A stretch of DNA of 64,000 nucleotides, taken from contig OZ244937.1 of NCBI GenBank assembly GCA_965222075.1, positions 1,312,001 to 1,376,000 of the forward strand. The letters run 5' to 3'. Position numbers and translations under genes: made by a program. This DNA comes from Candidatus Latescibacterota bacterium (lineage in GTDB: Bacteria > Latescibacterota > UBA2968 > GCA-2709665). Of this stretch, positions 56,571 through 64,000 are shown piece by piece (position 1 is the stretch's first letter; each line of letters begins with the position of its first letter). The notes under the pieces are model-generated. The model saw only the letters and a program-made list of their open reading frames with translations. It was not told the DNA's origin and did not search any database.

Positions 56571-57899
56571 TTAGTCCATCAACCGCACATTGTACTGCCG
56601 CGCCCCGGCATGATACCCTCTATAGGCCCCCTCGTTAAGCGGCTCCGGAGTATAGACAAAGACCTCGTCCGCCCAGGGATTGTACACGACGATTTCTTCC
56701 TGTTCGTCCCCACAGATGTCGGCCGGAATGCAGTGGTACCATCCCATTTTTCGGGGACCGACAGGTTCGGGCAGGTCGGGCAGGGTGACGGCCTGACGGC
56801 CCCGGCCGTCGAAGAGGGCGCCCCCGTTGTAGAGGAGGGCGGGGGCATCGGGGCCGTTCCAGTAGACGGTTTCCATGCCGGTTTCGTTCGGAGAAGAATT
56901 GAGTTGAAACCGGTTGAGGATACGGCCACCGTTATCGACGATGAGGACATCCGGGTTGTGCCCCAGGTAGCGGATGGCCATCTGAGGGGCGGGTTCGTCT
57001 GCGAGGAAGGTGGCGACGCGGGTTTCCTGGCCGTGGGGGACGATGTCTTCACCCAGTGCCAGGACAATCTTGCCGTCCAGGTCCAGGACGTGGCCGCCCC
57101 CGGAGCAGACGGCGCGCATCCGGCCGCTGTCCCAGGGGAGGATGGCCACGGAGTCCATGTTGGGGGCGAGCTGCGCTTCCCAGCGCGGGGCGCCGTCCGG
57201 GGAAAGGATGTAGTAGCCGCCGTTGATTTCATCGCGGCCGTCGCCGTCCAAGTCGCCGACCGAGGGGATGTAGGCTGAGCAGCGGCCGTATTCGTTCCAC
57301 TGGATGGTGTAGGTCCACAGGAGGTCTAAGCGGTCGTCGAAGGCGAGGACGGTATCGCCCAGCTTGACGACGATATCCTGCGGGGTGGGCCGCCCCCGGA
57401 GGTTGGCGATGAGGAGGCGCTGGTGAAACCAGTTGGCGCCCCAGCCCGCTCGCACTCGAACCGCTTCTGGAGCGGCACCGCGTTTAATCTCCCCGGTGCG
57501 GCCGTCGCGGATCTGGAAGACCACGTTGGCGAGGGATTCCTTAGGCGTCCGGCCGTCGGGCCGGTAGAAGAAGCAGAGGACCTCGCTGTGGCCGTCTGCG
57601 TCGATGTCGTGGACCGCAACCGCTCCCGGACGGAGGGGCTGGGCGCCGCCGGCGCCATCCTGCCAGAGGACCTCGCCGTCTAATGTGAAAGCGCCCAGGA
57701 AACAGGGCTTGAGTTCGCTTTCCAGGTCACACCGGTAGACGAGGAGGTCGGCCCGCCCATCTCCGGTGAGGTCTCCCAGGCGGACATCGCCGCCATAGGT
57801 GAGTTCCCGGCCTTCTACAAGAGCGGATGTGAGAAAAGGCACAGGGATCCGGAGTCTGCGGTAGAGGCGGGCGGCGGGAATATCGTGAGAACCGGACAC
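56571..57899 (-). CDS. FG-GAP/VCBS-repeat beta-propeller protein (rhamnogalacturonan lyase-like)
   Basis: GDLTGDGRAD, DIDADGHSE, GDLDGDGRDE, ADICGDEQEE Ca-binding repeats. Confidence 0.7.
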   Translation of the reverse strand: MSGSHDIPAARLYRRLRIPVPFLTSALVEGRELTYGGDVRLGDLTGDGRADLLVYRCDLESELKPCFLGAFTLDGEVLWQDGAGGAQPLRPGAVAVHDIDADGHSEVLCFFYRPDGRTPKESLANVVFQIRDGRTGEIKRGAAPEAVRVRAGWGANWFHQRLLIANLRGRPTPQDIVVKLGDTVLAFDDRLDLLWTYTIQWNEYGRCSAYIPSVGDLDGDGRDEINGGYYILSPDGAPRWEAQLAPNMDSVAILPWDSGRMRAVCSGGGHVLDLDGKIVLALGEDIVPHGQETRVATFLADEPAPQMAIRYLGHNPDVLIVDNGGRILNRFQLNSSPNETGMETVYWNGPDAPALLYNGGALFDGRGRQAVTLPDLPEPVGPRKMGWYHCIPADICGDEQEEIVVYNPWADEVFVYTPEPLNEGAYRGYHAGARQYNVRLMD

Positions 57900-57979
57900 G
57901 GGGGTGCCTTATGCCGATCTTGCCACTGGTAAATAAGGGGGAAGGAAAAGAGAAGGGGAAGGTCAGGCGTTGGGAAGCC

Positions 57980-58285
57980 TCAGGACGGTTTCTGCTTGTG
58001 CTTTTCGTGCTTTCGCCGGAGGTCAAGCACCTGTTCAAACTTTTCAGAGAGGCTATTTCCTTTACGTGAGAATTTGAGCATGGCCTCGTGAGACATCACC
58101 ATCATGGTGCCCTGCGAAGCATCCAGGTACCGGCAGTAGCTGTGTTTGACCCTTTCCCCGGTAATACAGCATCGGCTCTCTACAGGATATTCTCTGTCCG
58201 AGTCGATAAAGCTTCCGGTAGGCCTGGCATCTTCAGGCTGTTTTGCTTCGTAGTCGGTATAAAACGCCTTGTTTTTTTTGTCCAT
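57980..58285 (-). CDS. Hypothetical protein
   Basis: 101 aa, AGGAG RBS, follows the ExeA-like ATPase on the same strand. Confidence 0.7.
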   Translation of the reverse strand: MDKKNKAFYTDYEAKQPEDARPTGSFIDSDREYPVESRCCITGERVKHSYCRYLDASQGTMMVMSHEAMLKFSRKGNSLSEKFEQVLDLRRKHEKHKQKPS

Positions 58286-58317
58286 CGTTTCTGATGTCTC
58301 CTTCTGAAAGTGGATTT

Positions 58318-59118
58318 TCAGAACTGCTTGACTGCCTCGCAGGCCTTTTGGGCGATGTGGGTGTCTATTTCCTCAACCCGGGCTCCGAACCCGAGGAGCA
58401 GGCAGATGTCACAGGTGTTGTTAATCTCCCGGGGGATGCCCCGGGAGGCTCGGTAGACGGCGTCTACCGCGTCGTTCTTGAAGATTTCCCGTTCGAGTCC
58501 CACTTTTTCCAGACGGGACTGGATATAGGCGTGGGTCTCTTCCTGTTTGAGGGGGCCAAGGTGAAATTTGATGGAGATGCGCTGTTCAAGCTGCTTGATG
58601 CGTGAGATTCGCTCCCGGAGTTCGGGCTGCCCGATCAGGAGCAGGGTCGTAAGAAAGCGGTCGTCGAACTGAACGTTGAGGAGGTGGAGGAGTTCCTCTA
58701 AGGTCTCCGGGTCTTCCATGGCCTGGGCCTCGTCTACGATGATCACGGTGTCTTTGCCTGCGTTGCGGTTTTTGACCATCCGGTCGTTGAGGGCCTCAAG
58801 CAGGTCGGACTTGGAGTCCGGGGCCTCTTCCACGCCGAGCTGGGAGAGGATTTCCCTGAGAAATTCGATGGGGGAGAGGCTGGGGTTGGCCACCACGCCC
58901 ACTTCGTAGCGGTCGGACTGGAGGTCCTGGGCCAGGGTGCGGCTGAGGATGGTTTTGCCGCATCCGACCTCTCCTGTGAGCATGGCCGCGCCCTGACTGT
59001 TGACCGCATAGAAGAGGCGCAGCAGCGCCTCCTGATGCTCGGCGGAAGGGTAAAAGAACCGAGGATCGGGCACGTTTTCAAAAGGAAATTCTTCAAGCCC
59101 CCAGAATTCTTTGTACAC
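58318..59118 (-). CDS. ExeA/GspA-like AAA ATPase
   Basis: Y.EFWGLEEFPF, PDPRFFY, TGEVGCGKT, IVDEAQ, LIGQPEL, GIPREIN. Confidence 0.9.
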   Translation of the reverse strand: MYKEFWGLEEFPFENVPDPRFFYPSAEHQEALLRLFYAVNSQGAAMLTGEVGCGKTILSRTLAQDLQSDRYEVGVVANPSLSPIEFLREILSQLGVEEAPDSKSDLLEALNDRMVKNRNAGKDTVIIVDEAQAMEDPETLEELLHLLNVQFDDRFLTTLLLIGQPELRERISRIKQLEQRISIKFHLGPLKQEETHAYIQSRLEKVGLEREIFKNDAVDAVYRASRGIPREINNTCDICLLLGFGARVEEIDTHIAQKACEAVKQF

Positions 59119-59346
59119 GGATGTTCGTCTCCCAGGAGGGTGTTGAGATTCAGGCGTCGAGAAAAAAGGCAGTATTGTAAAAATATAATATACGTCAGAA
59201 GGGTCGGATATGTCAAGAAAAAATAGACAAAAATGAACTTTTTGCTTGATTTTTTTGTTTATATTTGTTTATTTTTGGAGAAATTCACCTATACTACATA
59301 TATAGTACAGGCCATCGCTTCTGAGGGGTATTGACGGGTCACTACA

Positions 59347-60015
59347 ATGACATTTAGAGACGCGCTTGAACGTGAGATCGCGGCCCAGGGCCTTTCGGTT
59401 GCCGAGGTCGCCCAAAAAAGCGGGCTTTCCAAAGGGGCCATTTACAATATTCTCAACGGCAAGACGGAAGAGGAACGGATTCGTCCGTCGACCCGACGGG
59501 CAATTGCCAGGGGGTGTAACCGGAACATAGAGGTCTTAGAGGACGGGGGCGTCCTTTTTGTCGAGCATGGGCGATCCGGACCTGTGGACGAGCCGGGGGG
59601 GGTGGAACTGCGCCTGGTGCCAGGCCGCCCCTTCTTGGAGGAGCGGTTCTTGAGGGAGCCGTTCGATTGGCTCCACAGTCTGGAAGAAGAGGGGGTGCTG
59701 ACCGGCACCCGAACGGTGGACCGGGTGTTCCAGAAGCGGGAGGAATTTCTCTCCCTGGTGGTGGAGAACCGGGGGCAGGCCGTTGTGACAGAGGTCCGGT
59801 TTGATCTGCGCGTGGCATTTGAGGGTGGGGGGCCTGCCAAACAGTTTTCATCCCGGTTATCCGGCTACGTGCCCTGTGGGGAGCATGTGGAGGAGACCCT
59901 GTTTTTGCAGGCTGGGCCGCCCTATTGTGTGGAATTGCTGAACCCCGTCTTTACGGACCCGGAGGGGCGGACAAAGGAACTCGACGGAGATCTGAAATAT
60001 TTCCATAAAGGGTAA
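59347..60015 (+). CDS. XRE-family HTH protein with uncharacterised C-terminal domain
   Basis: LSVAEVAQKSGLSKGAIYNILNG HTH at the N-terminus. Confidence 0.8.
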   Translation: MTFRDALEREIAAQGLSVAEVAQKSGLSKGAIYNILNGKTEEERIRPSTRRAIARGCNRNIEVLEDGGVLFVEHGRSGPVDEPGGVELRLVPGRPFLEERFLREPFDWLHSLEEEGVLTGTRTVDRVFQKREEFLSLVVENRGQAVVTEVRFDLRVAFEGGGPAKQFSSRLSGYVPCGEHVEETLFLQAGPPYCVELLNPVFTDPEGRTKELDGDLKYFHKG

Positions 60016-60020
60016 GACCG

Positions 60021-62006
60021 GTGATCGAGGCACTCAAGCAGACCAAGCGGATTCGGATTCATAACGATTCTCCCGCCGACCGGGCGCACCATTTTGGGTT
60101 TTCGGTTTATGCGGAGACCTTTGCCAAGCTTATTGCCGATTGCGCCAATCAGACGCCGCTGACGATTGCGATCAGCGGTGCGTGGGGAAGCGGGAAGACA
60201 TCTTTGATGCGGAGCGTCCGGGAGACGCTGGTCAACATTACCCGGGAGGTTGACCGGGCCGGGAGAGACAACGTCTTTCGGCGGTGCCGTACGGTCTGGT
60301 TCAACGCCTGGAAGTATTCCAGCCGGGATGCGATCCTGGTGGCGCTGGTAGAGGAGATTGTGGCCCAGATGGTGGCCGAGGGCCTGCCCCGGCGGCAACT
60401 GGATCAAATGCGCCAGGGGGAAGGTGGCCTGGACTGGACGCGGATCGCCCGGTCTCTGGACGACCTGTTTCAGCAGAGCGGCAGTCCCGAGATGAAAGGC
60501 CTGCTTAAAAACGATACGGAGCTGCTGCGTAACCTTCCGCTGCTGCGGGAGTTCGAGCGGTTTCTGGACCGCCTGATCGGGTGGTCGGTGGCGGGCCACC
60601 CTGCGGGTCCCGGGGAACGGTATGACGATTCGGAGGGGGTGCTGGTTTTTTTTATCGACGACTTAGACAGGTGCCAGCCCAACCGCGTGGTCCGGGTGCT
60701 GGAGACAGTGAAGCTCTTTATGGACCGGCCCGGGTGTGTCTTCGTGCTTGGGATGGATAACGAGATCGTCGAAAAGGCCGTCAAGGCCCAGTACCAGACC
60801 ATTGAGGGGTTTGACGAGCACGCCTATATGGATAAGATCATCCAGCTCCAGTTCAACCTGCCGCCCATCCGGCCGGACCATATTCAGGAATTCATCCGGG
60901 AGGAACTGATTGGCAGGCAGGCTCAGGAGAGTCCGATCCTGCCTTATCTGGAGGATATTTCGGAAACCGTAGAGTCCAACCCCCGAACGGTAAAGCGGTT
61001 TTTAAATACCTTTGCCATTCAAAGAAGCCTGGCGGAGACCCGGGGGCTCCTCAGCGATGGGGTGATGGACGAAGACCTGTTGGCCAAATGGATTATTATC
61101 TCTTTCGCTTTTGAGAAATTTGCAGAGCGGGCGCTTCAGCGCCCGCTTTTGATTGCAGAGCTACAGGAGGCCATCCGGGAGGGGGAGCCCGAGGGGGGGG
61201 TGTTCCCACCCCACCTGCGGGAATTCCTGGAGGATCAGCGGCTGGTGAATCTGCTCAAGCGAGGCAAGCCCTTTCCAACGGATGAAGAGGAGATTTCGGT
61301 TTATACCCATTCAAGCGCGTCCACCCAGCCGCGCCGCGCCCCTCCCGAGGGGTTCGGCCGCACCGAGGCGGAAGGGACCGAGGGGGTGATTCGGGTGGAG
61401 CGGGGCAAATTCCTGATGGGGGATGTGAACCGGACCGCGTTCCTGGAGGCGTTTGAGATCGATTTGTATCCGGTGACCAACCGGCAGTACATGCGGTTCC
61501 TGGACACAACGGGTCACGCTCAGGTTCCCGAGCACTGGCGGGAAGGTACTTATCCCCCGGAAAAGGCGGACCACCCGGTGGTGAATGTGAACTGGCACGA
61601 TGCGATGGCCTACGCCAAATGGCTGGGCAAGCGGTTGCCCACCGAGCAGGAGTGGGAGAAGGCGGCCAGGGGACCCAACGGGCGGATTTACCCGTGGGGC
61701 AATGCCTTTAACCGGGTCAACTGTAACAGCCGGGAGCTGGAATTACAGGGGACGACGGCCGTCATCCAATTTCCCAATGGGGCAAGCCAGTACGGCTGTT
61801 ACGATATGTCGGGAAATGTGTGGGAGTGGACAGACACCAACGCGTTCGACAGTGAGGAGGCCAAGGTCATCCGGGGTGGGAGCTGGGCGAGTCACCAGGA
61901 GGGCATGCGCGCCACAACCCGGGCATATGAGCGCGCCGAGCGGCGTCGGCGGGATGTCGGGTTTCGGTGCGCCCGCGGTGTGAATTCGCCCAGGGTAAAG
62001 AGGTAG
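60021..62006 (+). CDS. KAP-family P-loop NTPase fused to an FGE-sulfatase/SUMF1 domain
   Basis: SGAWGSGKTS, FNAWKY, FIDDLDRC, YMDKIIQ, NPRTVKR; then YPVTN, RLPTEQEWEKAARG, DMSGNVWEW, RGGSW, GFRCAR. Confidence 0.88.
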   Translation: MIEALKQTKRIRIHNDSPADRAHHFGFSVYAETFAKLIADCANQTPLTIAISGAWGSGKTSLMRSVRETLVNITREVDRAGRDNVFRRCRTVWFNAWKYSSRDAILVALVEEIVAQMVAEGLPRRQLDQMRQGEGGLDWTRIARSLDDLFQQSGSPEMKGLLKNDTELLRNLPLLREFERFLDRLIGWSVAGHPAGPGERYDDSEGVLVFFIDDLDRCQPNRVVRVLETVKLFMDRPGCVFVLGMDNEIVEKAVKAQYQTIEGFDEHAYMDKIIQLQFNLPPIRPDHIQEFIREELIGRQAQESPILPYLEDISETVESNPRTVKRFLNTFAIQRSLAETRGLLSDGVMDEDLLAKWIIISFAFEKFAERALQRPLLIAELQEAIREGEPEGGVFPPHLREFLEDQRLVNLLKRGKPFPTDEEEISVYTHSSASTQPRRAPPEGFGRTEAEGTEGVIRVERGKFLMGDVNRTAFLEAFEIDLYPVTNRQYMRFLDTTGHAQVPEHWREGTYPPEKADHPVVNVNWHDAMAYAKWLGKRLPTEQEWEKAARGPNGRIYPWGNAFNRVNCNSRELELQGTTAVIQFPNGASQYGCYDMSGNVWEWTDTNAFDSEEAKVIRGGSWASHQEGMRATTRAYERAERRRRDVGFRCARGVNSPRVKR

Positions 62007-62052
62007 GGAAGATGGGGCGTGCGCGCACCTTTCAGAACTTGGAGAGATCCTT

Positions 62053-63552
62053 ATGTCCTGGTTGCAGACCACCTTATTGATTGTTTACAGTATCGCACTG
62101 GGCCTGCTTCTGCTCTACAGCCTGCACCGGCATCTGCTGGTGCGGCTTTATTATAAGCATCGGAAGGTGCGGCCGATCCCTGCCGGGGCTTTTGAGACAT
62201 TGCCCCGGGTGACGGTTCAGCTTCCGATCTTCAATGAGCTCTACGTTGCCGAGCGGCTGATCCGCGCGGTGGCCGAGATCGATTATCCCCGCGAGCTGCT
62301 GGAGATCCAGGTCCTGGACGATTCGACCGATGAGACGACGAAAATAGCTGGGCGCTGTGTCGCAGAACTCCAAAGACAGGGCCTGGATATTACCTGTTTA
62401 CACCGCAGCGAGCGGACCGGGTTCAAGGCCGGGGCGCTGGAGGGGGGGCTGAAGGTGGCCAGGGGGGAGTTCGTGGCGGTTTTTGACGCCGATTTTGTGC
62501 CCCCGCCGGATTTCCTGCGGAAGACGCTTCCCTATTTTGACCGTGACGTGGGGATGGTCCAGGCCCGCTGGGGGCATCTCAACCGGGATTATTCCCTGCT
62601 GACCCGGGTGCAGGCCATTTTTCTGGACGGGCATTTTGTGATGGAGCACGGCGCCCGGAGCCGTTCGGGGATGTTTTTCAACTTTAACGGGACGGCGGGG
62701 ATCTGGCGCCGGCGATCTATTGAGGATGCAGGCGGCTGGCATCATGAGACCATCACGGAGGATCTGGACCTGAGCTATCGGGCGCAGTTGGCCGGATGGC
62801 GGTTTGTGTTTTTAGACGACATGGTCTGTCCGGCAGAGGTTCCCGTGGAGATGAATGCCTGGAAATCGCAGCAGTTCCGGTGGGCGAAAGGGTCAATGCA
62901 AACGGCCAAGAAGCTGCTGCCCCGCCTGCTGAAGAGTCAAATTCCGGGACGGGTCAAATTGGAGGGGGTCATTCATTTGACGGCCAATTTTTCCTATTTT
63001 CTGATGGCCCTGGTGGCGCTTCTGATCTTCCCGGCGGTACTTTCCCGGCAGGATTTCGGATGGTACAGGATTTTTGTGGTGGATCTGCCCCTGTTTATGG
63101 CGGCTACAGGGGTGGTCTCCCGGTTTTACATCCACTCGCAGAAAGAGATCTATGCCGATTGGAAGACGAGGCTCAAATATATGCCCTTTGTGCTTGCCTT
63201 CGGGATGGGGATTTCCCTGAACAATGCCCGGGCCGTGCTGGAAGCCCTGGTGGGCCGTGAGACGGAATTTCGGCGTACCCCCAAGTACCAGGTTGTAGAT
63301 CGGCGGGATACCTGGAGGGGCAAGCGCTACGCTGTTCCCAGGAATCTGCTTTCCTTTCTGGAGGTGGCCGTGGGGCTTTATTTCTGCTGGGTCATCGGGT
63401 TTTCGGTGTACCACGAGATCTATTTCCCCGTTCCCTTTTTGATCCTGTTCGGTTTCGGTTTCTTCTACGTGGGCTGGATGTCCCTTTTTCAGGGGTGCCT
63501 GGAGCGGCTTCGACCCCGGTCTACAAAGGTAGAGACCACAGCGGCCGATTGA
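62053..63552 (+). CDS. Processive GT2 glycosyltransferase (cellulose/glucomannan synthase-like)
   Basis: VQLPIFNE, DDSTD, KAGAL, FDADF, TEDLD, QQFRW (QxxRW), plus TM helices. Confidence 0.92.
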   Translation: MSWLQTTLLIVYSIALGLLLLYSLHRHLLVRLYYKHRKVRPIPAGAFETLPRVTVQLPIFNELYVAERLIRAVAEIDYPRELLEIQVLDDSTDETTKIAGRCVAELQRQGLDITCLHRSERTGFKAGALEGGLKVARGEFVAVFDADFVPPPDFLRKTLPYFDRDVGMVQARWGHLNRDYSLLTRVQAIFLDGHFVMEHGARSRSGMFFNFNGTAGIWRRRSIEDAGGWHHETITEDLDLSYRAQLAGWRFVFLDDMVCPAEVPVEMNAWKSQQFRWAKGSMQTAKKLLPRLLKSQIPGRVKLEGVIHLTANFSYFLMALVALLIFPAVLSRQDFGWYRIFVVDLPLFMAATGVVSRFYIHSQKEIYADWKTRLKYMPFVLAFGMGISLNNARAVLEALVGRETEFRRTPKYQVVDRRDTWRGKRYAVPRNLLSFLEVAVGLYFCWVIGFSVYHEIYFPVPFLILFGFGFFYVGWMSLFQGCLERLRPRSTKVETTAAD

Positions 63553-63689
63553 GAGAAAAAGCAGAAATCTCTCTGGGCAGGTAGGCAGGCAAGACCGGGT
63601 CAGATTTTCACGTAAAAAAGGGGTATAATAGACATTATGTAAACTTACCCTTTAAAAACCGGCTTTTCTCGATCTCCTTTCCTTCCGCG

Positions 63690-63998
63690 TTACCCCAGAA
63701 AGCTGTCTCTTCGGTACTTCGCTTGCAGGCTTTTCATCTCCTTGTGGCATCTGTCAATTTCTTCCTGGCGGGTCTTTAGATTCTGCGCATATTCCCGATT
63801 TTGCTCCTGGAATGTCCGGAGACTTTCTGCCTGTTCTTTTTCAATTTGACGCATCCGGTCCAGTTCCCGCCGGAGCCAGTCGGTCTCCAAAAGCGCCTGT
63901 TTTTCGTTTTTCCTGGCATCTTTAAGCTCATCTCGCAAACGATCCAGGTCTTCCTTGTTTTTTCGTGCCTCCGTCCATCCCGATGCCGACGAACTTTC
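63690..63998 (-). CDS. Coiled-coil protein (5' partial)
   Basis: Frame open to the window end; charged heptad-like sequence. Confidence 0.55.
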   Translation of the reverse strand, partial: ESSSASGWTEARKNKEDLDRLRDELKDARKNEKQALLETDWLRRELDRMRQIEKEQAESLRTFQEQNREYAQNLKTRQEEIDRCHKEMKSLQAKYRRDSFLG

Positions 63999-64000
63999 AA

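Noticed and set aside
59290-59310. Possible NrdR box
   Set aside because: Spacing does not fit the consensus and no nucleotide-reduction genes are nearby. Kept only as a generic palindrome.
61860-61980. 3' end of KAP-FGE as a second DGR VR or as the template repeat
   Set aside because: Not AAC/NNC-patterned, little nucleotide similarity to 24454..24573, and no downstream hairpin.
1-64000. CRISPR array or integron cassette array
   Set aside because: No regularly spaced repeat-spacer series, cas genes, intI or convincing attC sites. Repeats are dispersed or present in only 2-4 copies.

Overview
A GC-rich bacterial chromosomal window. The gene content resembles Latescibacterota/Poribacteria-type symbionts (EF-hand/dockerin-like secreted protein, many Gfo/Idh/MocA oxidoreductases, FGE-sulfatase-domain proteins); this taxonomy is inference only. 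Catabolic blocks lie at 1-8.1 kb (amidohydrolase, acylase, CoA transferase, FAH), 24.7-37.5 kb (phosphatase, heparinase, CocE, beta-helix, oxidoreductases) and 54-64 kb (glycosyltransferases, amidohydrolase plus Rieske, ExeA, XRE, KAP-FGE). Three accessory regions interrupt them. (i) 8.4-16.7 kb is an insertion hot-spot built from repeated partial duplications of one gene junction, carrying TA remnants and a tandem STAND-like ATPase pair. (ii) 18.5-24.6 kb, next to tRNA-Arg(ACG), holds an apparently truncated NACHT NTPase, an AAA_14/DUF4143 ATPase and an FGE-sulfatase gene whose 3' end looks like a diversity-generating retroelement (DGR) variable region, with no RT or template repeat in the window. 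(iii) 37.5-53.9 kb is a ~16.4-kb integrase-free defence island bounded by a 21-bp direct repeat: pentapeptide-FRG, type III Mod, an AT-richer HD + HSP90-like ATPase gene between mod and res, an IS1-family element with an 8-bp TSD, Res, Mrr, and decayed HipA/HIRAN, YgiT and ATPase/DUF3226 modules. Short CCTGCCTG...CAGGCAGG palindromes, all multiples of 3 nt, sit in frame inside three genes. All product calls come from motif recognition, not database searches.
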